Positions 9,587 to 18,522 of a stretch of 32,000 nucleotides of DNA are shown here, piece by piece. Origin of the DNA: Nanobdella aerobiophila (GTDB lineage Archaea; Nanobdellota; Nanobdellia; Nanobdellales; Nanobdellaceae); NCBI RefSeq assembly GCF_023169545.1, contig NZ_AP019769.1:390001-422000 (forward strand). The letters run 5' to 3'. The notes beneath the pieces are model-generated. The model had not been told where the DNA came from. It saw only the letters and a list, made by a program, of their open reading frames with translations, and did no database searches. A program made the translations under genes and the position numbers. Numbering within the stretch: the first letter of the stretch is position 1; every line of letters begins with the position of its first letter.

Positions 9587-10441
9587 TTAATTATTTACAA
9601 CATTCAATTCTCCTATTTCCTGTTCAGAAAATACAAAATAATTAAATATTAATTCGCCATACAATATATTTTCATTTCCAGCTTGCACTGGTATTTCTAT
9701 ATAATAATTATTTGAACTTGAACTAAAGCTTTCAGAACCAGTATATGTGTATTGGTTACTATTAATATATAGAGTTAGATCATAATTAAATGAGTAATTT
9801 AATAAATTTACAGAATTCAGGTTACAATCTCCTGTAATATCATTATTGGTTATAGAGAATAGATTATTATTATTCTTTATATAAAAATTAACCACTATAT
9901 AATGACCGGAGCTAGAAGGTATTGAATAAAAACTATATATCATTATAGGACTACCTTTAGAATCTATATTATATTCAAAATTGCATTGTTGATTAGAGAA
10001 ACAACCCGAAAAGAAATAGATTGTTTTATATTGATAACATTCATATAAATTAATAGGTACAGTATTAGAACTTAATAAATTAGGATTAGTTAAGGTTATC
10101 TGCCCATTAACTGGTAAAACAAAATTATAGAAATTTTGTGCGCCTAAATTATTGCTATCCTCACAATTAGAACCAGACACCTGAAATCCATTTGGTAATC
10201 CTGCCAAGCATACAGACCAGTCAAGATTTTTATCTGATGTAACTATATTTATCGGTATATTAAAACCAACATCATTAAAAACCTGTGGACTAAATCCTCC
10301 GCCCAAATTTATATTAAAATAAAATACTGTAGAATTTGTACTATTTGTTTGACTAATACTGTTATTTGTTGTAGTAGGACATATAGAAAAGAAAAACAAT
10401 GCAACAAATAGTATAGGAGCAAATATAATAGCCCTAGCCAT
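9587..10441 (-). CDS. Predicted secreted/membrane-anchored surface protein
   Basis: Hydrophobic N-terminus MARAIIFAPILFVALFFFSICPTTTNN followed by a long Asn/Ser/Tyr-rich beta-like region. Confidence 0.7.
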   Translation of the reverse strand: MARAIIFAPILFVALFFFSICPTTTNNSISQTNSTNSTVFYFNINLGGGFSPQVFNDVGFNIPINIVTSDKNLDWSVCLAGLPNGFQVSGSNCEDSNNLGAQNFYNFVLPVNGQITLTNPNLLSSNTVPINLYECYQYKTIYFFSGCFSNQQCNFEYNIDSKGSPIMIYSFYSIPSSSGHYIVVNFYIKNNNNLFSITNNDITGDCNLNSVNLLNYSFNYDLTLYINSNQYTYTGSESFSSSSNNYYIEIPVQAGNENILYGELIFNYFVFSEQEIGELNVVNN

Positions 10442-11420
10442 TTACATCTTTCAATGGTATATTTATTTGTGTTTGTTCTTGACACGTATAAGTTACGTTC
10501 ATCAATATTGCTGCCTGGACTCCAGTATCTGAATTCAAAGCGGACTGTATTGAAGACCCAAGTTGATTCATATTTATAGTACATTCTATATAAGCATCAG
10601 ATAGATAAATATTACCGGATGGGTTACAGGAGAAACCACTGTTACCATTTTGTATTGTTTGAACATTATTTCCGGATGCTATCTGTAACTCTACATTTGA
10701 TATATCTACTTCTGGCAATTGGTCTTGATTTGTATTTAATCCACTAAAGCATCCAGTATCCACTAGAGAAAATGAAAATGCTGCATAACCTCCACCCATA
10801 GTAATGTAAACATTATTAGAATTTGGAACGATCGGTGAAGCCGTATAAAACACAGGATCTGTCTGATTTAAACCTTCCAAAGAATTTACTAATATCATTG
10901 GTATATATATTTGCGTATACATATTTGAAATATTATAATCTATGGTTATTGGTATACTAGATAGTGTTGATTGTAATCCTGAAGGCAATGATAATGTAGC
11001 TGATTGTATTGGTTGTTGCACTGGCTTTATAGAATTGTCTATATAAAATGCGGGATTCGCATTAAAAGAACCTGAAGATGGTGTTAAATCACCGTATGTT
11101 GATATTTGATAATTTACATTAACTGGTTGGTTGGAGCCCAAATAAAAGCTATTTGAAGTCTGTAAAGAGAAAGAATACTGACTACCAGTAGATGGATTAT
11201 AATACAATACTGAAGGACCTACTATTGACAATTGTACATTACCAGGTACACTAGGTGCCCAAGTAGGTTGGTTAAAACTTGGACTCTGCAGATTTAAAGC
11301 ACCTGAAGAGCTACTTTTAGAACTATTTGAAAAACCAGTACTTGGACATACAGCAAAATTAAATAAGATAACAGATAAACCAACCAATGGAATTAATGAT
11401 AATATTTTTTGTCCCTTCAT
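10434..11420 (-). CDS. Predicted surface protein with prepilin-like N-terminus
   Basis: MKGQ|KILSLIPLVGLSVILFNFAVCPSTGFSNSSKSSSSG: KG-Q before a hydrophobic stretch, then an extracellular-like domain. Confidence 0.72.
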   Translation of the reverse strand: MKGQKILSLIPLVGLSVILFNFAVCPSTGFSNSSKSSSSGALNLQSPSFNQPTWAPSVPGNVQLSIVGPSVLYYNPSTGSQYSFSLQTSNSFYLGSNQPVNVNYQISTYGDLTPSSGSFNANPAFYIDNSIKPVQQPIQSATLSLPSGLQSTLSSIPITIDYNISNMYTQIYIPMILVNSLEGLNQTDPVFYTASPIVPNSNNVYITMGGGYAAFSFSLVDTGCFSGLNTNQDQLPEVDISNVELQIASGNNVQTIQNGNSGFSCNPSGNIYLSDAYIECTINMNQLGSSIQSALNSDTGVQAAILMNVTYTCQEQTQINIPLKDVNG

Positions 11421-11459
11421 AAATATTATTTAAAACTTAGTATATATAAATATTTATAC

Positions 11460-12686
11460 CTAGCCAGGATAATAATTTAATGTATTAGAAGCACTCAATA
11501 AATAATTATAACTTAGATCTGATACTACAGAAATTGTTGAATAACCAGAGAATCCAGATGATCCGGATATACATATAGGAATCGCTACAATGAAATTATT
11601 ATTACTATTTTGAAGATATTGTAAGTACTTATTATTTATAATAATATTACAGGAATTTCCACCACAAGTTAATGCATACGAATAATTATTTCCAAAACTA
11701 TAACTATCCGAACAACCAGAATTTGATAAATATTCTAGATTAATTTCATTATTATTGTATATAAACTGTATACTCCAGCTATTAATATTTGCTAGATTTT
11801 GAAGAGAACTAATAGATAATAATATAACATCATAGGATGTATCCTGATTTTGTAATAATACAGGATATCCTGTTGACTTTCCTACTCTAGCAATTTCAAT
11901 ATATGGATAATTGTATAAACTGTTATATAGATCTACATCATAATTATTTTCATTTAGATTTAGATATTGATATATATTCTCATTTTTCTGATTTGCAACG
12001 GCAGCAATAGGTATACTTACTGCCAAGAAATTATATAATGAAGTGGCATTAATATCGTATATTACTGCATTTAAAGTATTATATATATAAAAACCCTGAT
12101 TATTAAGATAAGGACAGGAACTATAATTTAGTTTCGTATTATAGTTACATTCAATAGTATTTATACCATTAAATGATGATAGAGATATGCTTGTGGGACT
12201 TGATGAAGTTTCATTTACAAAATTGCTAAAACAATAATCTAATTCTATCGGATAACTATAAGTACAATTAAATTGAACATTATTATTTAAATTCTGATTT
12301 GATGGTAATGAATACTGAAATATAAATTCCGAAACTGTAGGAGTAGTCATATTATTTTGAGCAACGCCTGCAACACCTGTAATAGGTGATAATTTAATAT
12401 AATAATTATATATTTGCTGCTGCTGAGGTTGACTAGTAAATAATTGAGACTCTGCATATTGATCGGGATTGGATAGTACATTAAGAGCAGTTTGGAAAGA
12501 ACTATAAAAACCAGAATAAACCTTGGATACAGAATTTACTGTATTACCTACACTATTTTCATAGAATGGATTGACAATTCTCGAAAATATATAATTTCTA
12601 ACAATAGGACCATAAAAGAACCATATAAAAACTATACCAACGATAAGAACTATAAATAATATTAAGGCTCCAGTAGCAGATCTCAT
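11460..12686 (-). CDS. Predicted surface protein with N-terminal TM segment
   Basis: MRSATGALILFIVLIVGIVFIWFFYGP..., then a long Asn/Tyr/Ser-rich domain. Confidence 0.7.
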   Translation of the reverse strand: MRSATGALILFIVLIVGIVFIWFFYGPIVRNYIFSRIVNPFYENSVGNTVNSVSKVYSGFYSSFQTALNVLSNPDQYAESQLFTSQPQQQQIYNYYIKLSPITGVAGVAQNNMTTPTVSEFIFQYSLPSNQNLNNNVQFNCTYSYPIELDYCFSNFVNETSSSPTSISLSSFNGINTIECNYNTKLNYSSCPYLNNQGFYIYNTLNAVIYDINATSLYNFLAVSIPIAAVANQKNENIYQYLNLNENNYDVDLYNSLYNYPYIEIARVGKSTGYPVLLQNQDTSYDVILLSISSLQNLANINSWSIQFIYNNNEINLEYLSNSGCSDSYSFGNNYSYALTCGGNSCNIIINNKYLQYLQNSNNNFIVAIPICISGSSGFSGYSTISVVSDLSYNYLLSASNTLNYYPG

Positions 12687-12687
12687 A

Positions 12688-13737
12688 TTATGATAATTGT
12701 AACATTGAAATATATAAATAGTTATATGGCTTTAATGCAAGTAAGTTCTGGGATAATATACAATCAGATATATTTATGGAATATTCTAATTGAGTAGAAT
12801 TTATATTATAATAGCAATTCTGATTTATTGCTAGTTCTCCAGAACCTTGAGAAACTATAATATCTAATATATTGTTGGATAGATTATTTGGAAATGACAA
12901 ATAGAATACATTACTGCTAGATTCTATATATAAATTTTGGATATCTATTGGATAATTAGAAGTTAATGATATTAGATTATTTCCTATATTTAGATATTGA
13001 TTTAAGGAAATTGTATTAGAGCAAGAATATAAATATATACTATTTCCATTCACAGTTAAGTCTACATCCTGTGGCTGATATGGACAAAAATTATAGTATA
13101 ATACTGAATCTCCACTGACATAATAATAATTAAAATTTAATGAAGAAACTATTAAATAATTTATATCTAGATTATTTAGAGATCCATGAGAATTAAAAAT
13201 AAGACTATCTGGAACAAATTCAATTTTTATATTATTATCACCATTATTTAGATAACTGCCTGGTACAAATATGCTCACTAGATTATTTGTACAAGAGCCA
13301 TATATTTTATAATTATTTATATATATATTAAACTGACCATTATTACAGCTTTCTAAAAAAGAAATATTTATCGCAGAATATTCGGTACTATTATAATAGA
13401 AATATATATTCTTTTCCTCAACACCATAAAATACATTCGTATTAAAGTTTATATTACCTATAGGTATTTGATAATAATTAATATAATTGCCTATAGTATA
13501 ATTATTTGCTATATAATAATAAGAATAACTATTAGATAATTCTATATTCTGGAAAATATATTGGGATGGCGCCGAAGATACATTGGTAGGATATAGTAAT
13601 GGTAAATTAGTACCATTAATTAATGATTGTAATACGATTGGCTTATACTGGGCAGGAAGAATTAACCAATATATGAAAAATATAATACCCAATAATATAA
13701 AGAAAAATCCCACCAATACAGTCTGACCTTTACTCAT
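12688..13737 (-). CDS. Predicted surface protein with prepilin-like N-terminus
   Basis: MSKGQTVLVGFFFILLGIIFFIYWLIL: KG-Q-T followed by a TM helix (class III signal peptide-like), Asn/Tyr-rich ectodomain. Confidence 0.72.
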   Translation of the reverse strand: MSKGQTVLVGFFFILLGIIFFIYWLILPAQYKPIVLQSLINGTNLPLLYPTNVSSAPSQYIFQNIELSNSYSYYYIANNYTIGNYINYYQIPIGNINFNTNVFYGVEEKNIYFYYNSTEYSAINISFLESCNNGQFNIYINNYKIYGSCTNNLVSIFVPGSYLNNGDNNIKIEFVPDSLIFNSHGSLNNLDINYLIVSSLNFNYYYVSGDSVLYYNFCPYQPQDVDLTVNGNSIYLYSCSNTISLNQYLNIGNNLISLTSNYPIDIQNLYIESSSNVFYLSFPNNLSNNILDIIVSQGSGELAINQNCYYNINSTQLEYSINISDCILSQNLLALKPYNYLYISMLQLS

Positions 13738-13761
13738 TAATTCTAGGATATTCTTTAATAT

Positions 13762-14778
13762 TTATATTTTATACCTTAATTTACCAACAATACCAAATTT
13801 ATTTACTAGATCATAATAGACTACGGACTCATTTATAAAGTATATATCAGCATCTATATCATTCAATACATCAAATAATGATAATAATTTATTAAAATTT
13901 TCAGTTTGCTTCAACTTATCAAAATAATCTTCAGAAACTAATATATATTCTATATTATTTTGTAGTGCATAATTATATGTTTCGTCTAAACCGTATGATA
14001 TCAGTTCTTTGGTCATATAGTACAATATATCATTAGTTAATTTATTTAGTTTTAATATTTCTAGCTCTTTTAGAGTTTCTAAATATTCATATCTTTTCGA
14101 AAATTCGTATATACCGCTTGATCCACCTATAGAAACCTTAAAAGCCAATATTTTATCTATTTTTATCTTATCTTTTATATAATTATAAAAATTATCTGGA
14201 TAAAAAGCAGGTCCTACTATACATAATATCCTTGGACTATAATTAGTTAGAATGTCTATATATTTTGAATATACTTTATATAATTTAGAATCAAAATTTG
14301 GGTCGTCTTTTGGTATATTTATATCCGATTCAGATATAATCTTTATATCATCATCTATATAACCTAAAGCAATACTATTATTGTCTAAAGAAATTATATA
14401 TATTACTTCCTTATCTTTTTCAGATTTTTTTAAAAGTTCTAATTCATATTTTTTAAACCCATTATTTTTAACCAACTCAAACTCGGAACCTATCTTTATT
14501 TCAAATGTATGAAAGTGCCCTATTATATCCTCTTCATTAGAAGATATGACCTTACCAGAAGTTCTTATAGAATCCTTATATTCAGAAAATTTTATATCTT
14601 CTACTTGTAATTTTAATTTTATTTTCCTTTTTTCTTTGCTATTATCATATTTTAATACTCTATAATCTTCTCCAGATATGATATCACCTTTATTTATTAT
14701 CTTATATAAAAATAATAAATCCCTCTTAACCTTAACATTTATCTTTATTGTTTTTTTATCTACAGAAATATATTTCAT
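13762..14778 (-). CDS. pelA: Pelota/Dom34-like mRNA surveillance protein
   Basis: Basic N-terminal Sm-like domain with ISGEDYRVLKYDNSKEKRKIKLKLQVEDIKFSEYKDSIRTSGKVISSNED; central and C-terminal eRF1-like domains ending in NNIEYILVSEDYF...DINADIYFINESVVYYDLVNKFGIVGKLRY. Confidence 0.85.
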   Translation of the reverse strand: MKYISVDKKTIKINVKVKRDLLFLYKIINKGDIISGEDYRVLKYDNSKEKRKIKLKLQVEDIKFSEYKDSIRTSGKVISSNEEDIIGHFHTFEIKIGSEFELVKNNGFKKYELELLKKSEKDKEVIYIISLDNNSIALGYIDDDIKIISESDINIPKDDPNFDSKLYKVYSKYIDILTNYSPRILCIVGPAFYPDNFYNYIKDKIKIDKILAFKVSIGGSSGIYEFSKRYEYLETLKELEILKLNKLTNDILYYMTKELISYGLDETYNYALQNNIEYILVSEDYFDKLKQTENFNKLLSLFDVLNDIDADIYFINESVVYYDLVNKFGIVGKLRYKI

Positions 14779-15767
14779 AATATAGATAGTAATAAAGCTA
14801 GAAAAATTGGCGGGATAAATGGAGCACCTTCCATTACTTTTAATTCTATATTATTATATTTCGACAACTCTTTCAATATATTGATTTCTTCCAATGAAAG
14901 ACCTTGATTTCCACTAAATAACCTATTTTGGGATATATTATATATTATTAGTATTATAAAAAAAGAAATTGTTGATATATAAATATTAAATATATATAGA
15001 ATCATTGGAACCAGGGATAGAATTATTATTAATATAGAGCTAATATACTTATTTTTATCCTTAAAAGATAATATATAATTATCTCCTTCTTTTCTAACAT
15101 TAAAATATCTATTTACCTTACTATATACGCTATCTGGAATATTAGAAATAATTATATTATCATCAATCCAATCACCTTCTACAAGTTTATCAACAGTTCT
15201 TGTATATATCAATCTACTTCTTAGATCTTTCTCAAATATTCTAAATATAAAGTAAGATATATAGAGTAATATCATTGAATATATAATATAATATATTTGA
15301 AAATTATATATGAATAAATATATTATATAAATAGCTACCAACAATAATACTATATTTAGCAAAGATAAAGAGAAATATTTCTTGTTTTTATTATAATAAA
15401 CTTTTAAACCTTCGATATTGTGAAATATAAAGGCGAATAACACTAAATAAAATATAAATGATATGATATTATTCAAATTAATAAATGAAAACAATATAGA
15501 AATGCCAAAAAATATGTATAAATCTCCAATAGCTAACAACTTAAATACATATAATAAAGTAAACAATAATAAGACTAAATATGATATTATAATATATATT
15601 GAAAATATATTATAAAAGAATATTATATATGAAAATGAGAATAAATTAAATATGAAAAATATATATAATATTATATCATCTACAGCTTTATATCTAATAT
15701 CCTGATATGTAGAATAAAATAATAATAAGAAGTCAACAATATATATAGTATACAGATATTCATACAT
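14775..15767 (-). CDS. Archaeal-type prepilin (A24/FlaK-like) peptidase
   Basis: Polytopic protein with FYSTYQDIRYKAVDD and VFKLLAIGDLYIFFG (the two catalytic Asp regions of A24 peptidases) plus a C-terminal soluble and TM extension. The track start at 15821 (GTG) overlaps the C/D sRNA, so ATG at 15767 (MYEYLYTIYIVDF) is preferred. Stop/start ATGA overlap with pelA. Confidence 0.85.
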   Translation of the reverse strand: MYEYLYTIYIVDFLLLFYSTYQDIRYKAVDDIILYIFFIFNLFSFSYIIFFYNIFSIYIIISYLVLLLFTLLYVFKLLAIGDLYIFFGISILFSFINLNNIISFIFYLVLFAFIFHNIEGLKVYYNKNKKYFSLSLLNIVLLLVAIYIIYLFIYNFQIYYIIYSMILLYISYFIFRIFEKDLRSRLIYTRTVDKLVEGDWIDDNIIISNIPDSVYSKVNRYFNVRKEGDNYILSFKDKNKYISSILIIILSLVPMILYIFNIYISTISFFIILIIYNISQNRLFSGNQGLSLEEINILKELSKYNNIELKVMEGAPFIPPIFLALLLSIL

Positions 15768-15801
15768 AAAGTTAAAAATTGTATTATATTTAATAAATAT
15801 T

Positions 15802-15850
15802 ATGATGATGTGAGCACCCACTGAGATTATGATGATGCAAAGTAAACTGA
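15802..15850 (+). ncRNA. C/D box guide sRNA (dual guide)
   Basis: C box ATGATGA (15802-15808), 12-nt guide TGTGAGCACCCA, D' CTGA (15821-15824), 4-nt spacer GATT, C' ATGATGA (15829-15835), 11-nt guide TGCAAAGTAAA, D CTGA (15847-15850). This matches canonical archaeal C/D architecture. Confidence 0.85.
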
Positions 15851-16640
15851 TGTGAACTACTCCGTCCTTACTAACGGAGCATCTCGCGATGGAGATTTCC
15901 TGCTTCTTCCAGGAAACTTACTATACACACTCTCAGAGAAGAGTATGTATAGCAGAGGTTCCCTGTCCACAGGCTCTAAGGGCAGTCCCGACCCCGAACG
16001 AAGAATATTTAGAGATGCATTATAATCACGATCTACAGTCCAACCGCATTTAGAGCAAGTGAAGGTACGATCAGAAAGAGTTAGATCTTTTTTCACATAT
16101 CCACATTTAGCACATGTTCTTGAAGTATTTCTAGGATCTACTTTCACTACCCTCCTACCAGCTCTTTCAGCCTTATAGGAGAGGTAGCTTATGAACTTGG
16201 AGAAATTAGAGTGAAGAGTGTGTTTTTTCAAAGTTTTACTTGTACTATTCTCAACGATTTTCTTCACATCAAGGTCTTCCACGTATATTTCATCATACTG
16301 TTCAACAAGCCACGAAGTCACCTTATGAATATAATCACTCATCAAGTCTTTCAACATGTTTTGAGTGTCCTTAGGTGTTATCTTTTTCCCTTCTTTCCCT
16401 GAGTTATTCACTATGTCTAGTAATGCGTTGTATACTTTAGCTTCAATTTGCATAACCTTGAGCAATCTTTCCTCTACTTTTTTCGTTGGATAAATTCTGT
16501 ACTTGAACGAGAGTTGAATTTTATCACTCTACTCCTTGGCTCTCCACATATTCTATAATAATATTTGCCTTCTAATCTATAAAAATATTTCTATAAGGGG
16601 ACTATCCATTCCCCTGACAGAAGGGGCTTCTGCCTCCTAA
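15851..16640 (-). mobile_element. IS200/IS605-family (IS1341-like) element remnant, internally deleted; approximate ends
   Basis: Truncated tnpB flanked by GC-rich hairpins at both ends: CTCCGT-N8-ACGGAG at 15860-15879, and CCCCT-N6-AGGGG / CAGAAG-N3-CTTCTG at 16611-16632. Base composition is clearly higher GC than the surroundings. Exact boundaries not determinable here. Confidence 0.75.
15857..16519 (-). pseudogene. tnpB: Internally deleted TnpB
   Basis: The frame is open upstream of the track start (TTG 16465) and encodes LSFKYRIYPTKKVEERLLKVMQIEAKVYNALLD (TnpB N-terminus), then joins at about SDYIHKVTSWLVEQYDEIYVEDLDVKKI (RuvC-II). It continues through CAKCGYVKKDLT..FTCSKCGWTVDRDYNASLNIL. 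The middle, including the RuvC-I GIDxG region, is missing. Start uncertain. Confidence 0.88.
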
Positions 16641-16679
16641 CCCCCAAAAGTTAAAAATTCTAAAAATTCCTATCTATAT

Positions 16680-17027
16680 ATGCCATTGATAATACCTTCT
16701 CCAGAATATAGCAAGAGGAGAAGAATATTAGAATTAGATCGAAAAATTAAGAAGGCTGAGAAAAACAAAAACGGAAAATTAAATGTAATATTAAAGAAAA
16801 CAATAAATATAAATAATCCTACAGAAAGTATAAGGCTAATATCAATGCTAAATAAGCTAGAACAAGAAGGATATTTTGATGAACTATATATAGTAAGATA
16901 TAATCAACTATTAGATTCAATAGACTTACTAAAGAATACAGAAAAAGAACTACCGAAGGAGGATTTAATAAAACTATACAACATTGTAAGTAAATTGATA
17001 GATATAGTCAATAAGTTAAAAAAATAA
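16680..17027 (+). CDS. Hypothetical protein
   Basis: 115-aa highly charged ORF; convergent with the neighbouring minus-strand gene with no gap. Confidence 0.6.
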   Translation: MPLIIPSPEYSKRRRILELDRKIKKAEKNKNGKLNVILKKTININNPTESIRLISMLNKLEQEGYFDELYIVRYNQLLDSIDLLKNTEKELPKEDLIKLYNIVSKLIDIVNKLKK

Positions 17028-18176
17028 TTATTCTTCTAGCTTTATATTTTTCATATATAATATTCTCTTTATATTATCAATATCATGCTCTAATAGTTTT
17101 ATCTTCTCTATCTCAGATGTTATATACTCAAAATTAGTAATATCAATCACATTTTCTATTTTTTGCAACTTACTTGATATCTTATTATAATCATCTACAA
17201 TACTATCTGTTATATCTTTAAAATCGGTTATCTCATATTTTATACTTTCTATATCTCTTTTTAATAAGTTTATTATATTTTCTAAATCATCTATCTTATG
17301 GTTAATAGTAGAAATTTTTTCCAAATCACTTGATTTAGTCCTCATCTCATTTACTATATTCTGTAAATCATTAAATAATCCATATATGTTATTTAATTTA
17401 TTTTCAAAATCTATATATTTTGAATAAAGGTTTTTAAATGATACAATTTCTTTTATATTTTTAATATCTTCATTAGATATACTTTTTAAATAAGAAAAAT
17501 CATTTATATTCTTATCTATATACTCTTTTATATTCTTATTATCCGATATTAACTTATCTATATCTTTCTTCAAATTATATATATCTTTATTTTTTAGGTT
17601 CTCTAATTCTTCCGTTATCTTATTATACAGAACAATATCTTCCAATATCTTATTTATATTGTTTTCTAAGGTTTTAGTTAATTTATTTAAATCATCTTTT
17701 ATCTTAATAAAATCTTTTTTATCTGTATAGTTATCCTCAATATTTTTTATTTTTAGATAAAATTCCTTTATATTATCTTGTAGATCCTTTAATATTTTAT
17801 TATTATCGCTATATCTAGATATTGAATTATTTATATCAATTATTTCACTCTCTAACTTATTCAATTTAGACCTAAGATCTATAATAGAAGTATAATCCAC
17901 AAAATTCTTTTGATTATTCTCCAAAACTTCTAATTTTATAGATATGTCCTGAAGATCTTTTATTTTATTATATAAATCCTCATTTATATATTTTTTATAG
18001 TCTTCTACGATTTTATTTAATTTATCAACTCTATCTTTTATATCATCTATATCTTTATAATATTCTGATCTTTCGAGATAATAACTTAACCTCTTATTTA
18101 ATTCTATAAATTTTTCATTGAGTTTTTTCGTATATAAATAAAACTCATTTACTATATCAAAATCCTTACTATTCAT
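17028..18176 (-). CDS. Long coiled-coil protein
   Basis: Almost continuous heptad-like I/L/K/E/D/N pattern over 382 aa; no enzymatic motif. Confidence 0.75.
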   Translation of the reverse strand: MNSKDFDIVNEFYLYTKKLNEKFIELNKRLSYYLERSEYYKDIDDIKDRVDKLNKIVEDYKKYINEDLYNKIKDLQDISIKLEVLENNQKNFVDYTSIIDLRSKLNKLESEIIDINNSISRYSDNNKILKDLQDNIKEFYLKIKNIEDNYTDKKDFIKIKDDLNKLTKTLENNINKILEDIVLYNKITEELENLKNKDIYNLKKDIDKLISDNKNIKEYIDKNINDFSYLKSISNEDIKNIKEIVSFKNLYSKYIDFENKLNNIYGLFNDLQNIVNEMRTKSSDLEKISTINHKIDDLENIINLLKRDIESIKYEITDFKDITDSIVDDYNKISSKLQKIENVIDITNFEYITSEIEKIKLLEHDIDNIKRILYMKNIKLEE

Positions 18177-18207
18177 AAATATATTTTCTATACAAAATTT
18201 ATTAAAT

Positions 18208-18522
18208 TTATTTGATGTTAGATTTTTTCAAGATATCCAGATCCTTTTTTATAGATTCCACTTGAAACTCTAGAGCAAATATTTTCTTTTTTATTATATC
18301 TATATCATTAAATCTTCTATTTATGTTTAATAACAGGGTATTTATATTATTTAATAAATTATTATAATCCTCTTTATTATCAAAGATTTTATTTTTTAAT
18401 CTATTATATTTATCTAATATATTATTATTCATGTTTTTGTATTTTTCTAATTCTTCATTCAGAGTTTTTATCTTATTTTCTAGTTCATTAATTATATTCT
18501 CATATTCCTGAATATCATCCAT
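18208..18522 (-). CDS. Short coiled-coil protein
   Basis: MDDIQEYENIINELENKIKTLNEELEKYKNMNNNILDKYNRLKNKI...; heptad pattern; start overlaps the polB stop. Confidence 0.7.
   Translation of the reverse strand: MDDIQEYENIINELENKIKTLNEELEKYKNMNNNILDKYNRLKNKIFDNKEDYNNLLNNINTLLLNINRRFNDIDIIKKKIFALEFQVESIKKDLDILKKSNIK

Noticed and set aside
10309-10584. Tyr-rich minus ORF across the 10434 gene junction
   Set aside because: Overlaps two better-supported ORFs in another frame.
15768-15821. Track start (GTG at 15821) of the prepilin peptidase
   Set aside because: It would translate the complement of the C/D sRNA; ATG at 15767 directly precedes the first TM helix.
15800-15840. Repeated GATGATG units as a CRISPR or microsatellite signal
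   Set aside because: The repeats are the C and C' boxes of one sRNA with correct spacing to CTGA boxes; no repeat-spacer array exists.
16211-16402. Plus ORF inside tnpB
   Set aside because: Antisense shadow of a tnpB remnant.
15857-16465. Functional TnpB nuclease or novel RNA-guided effector
   Set aside because: The central part including the RuvC-I catalytic Asp is missing; only an IS605-type remnant is supportable.
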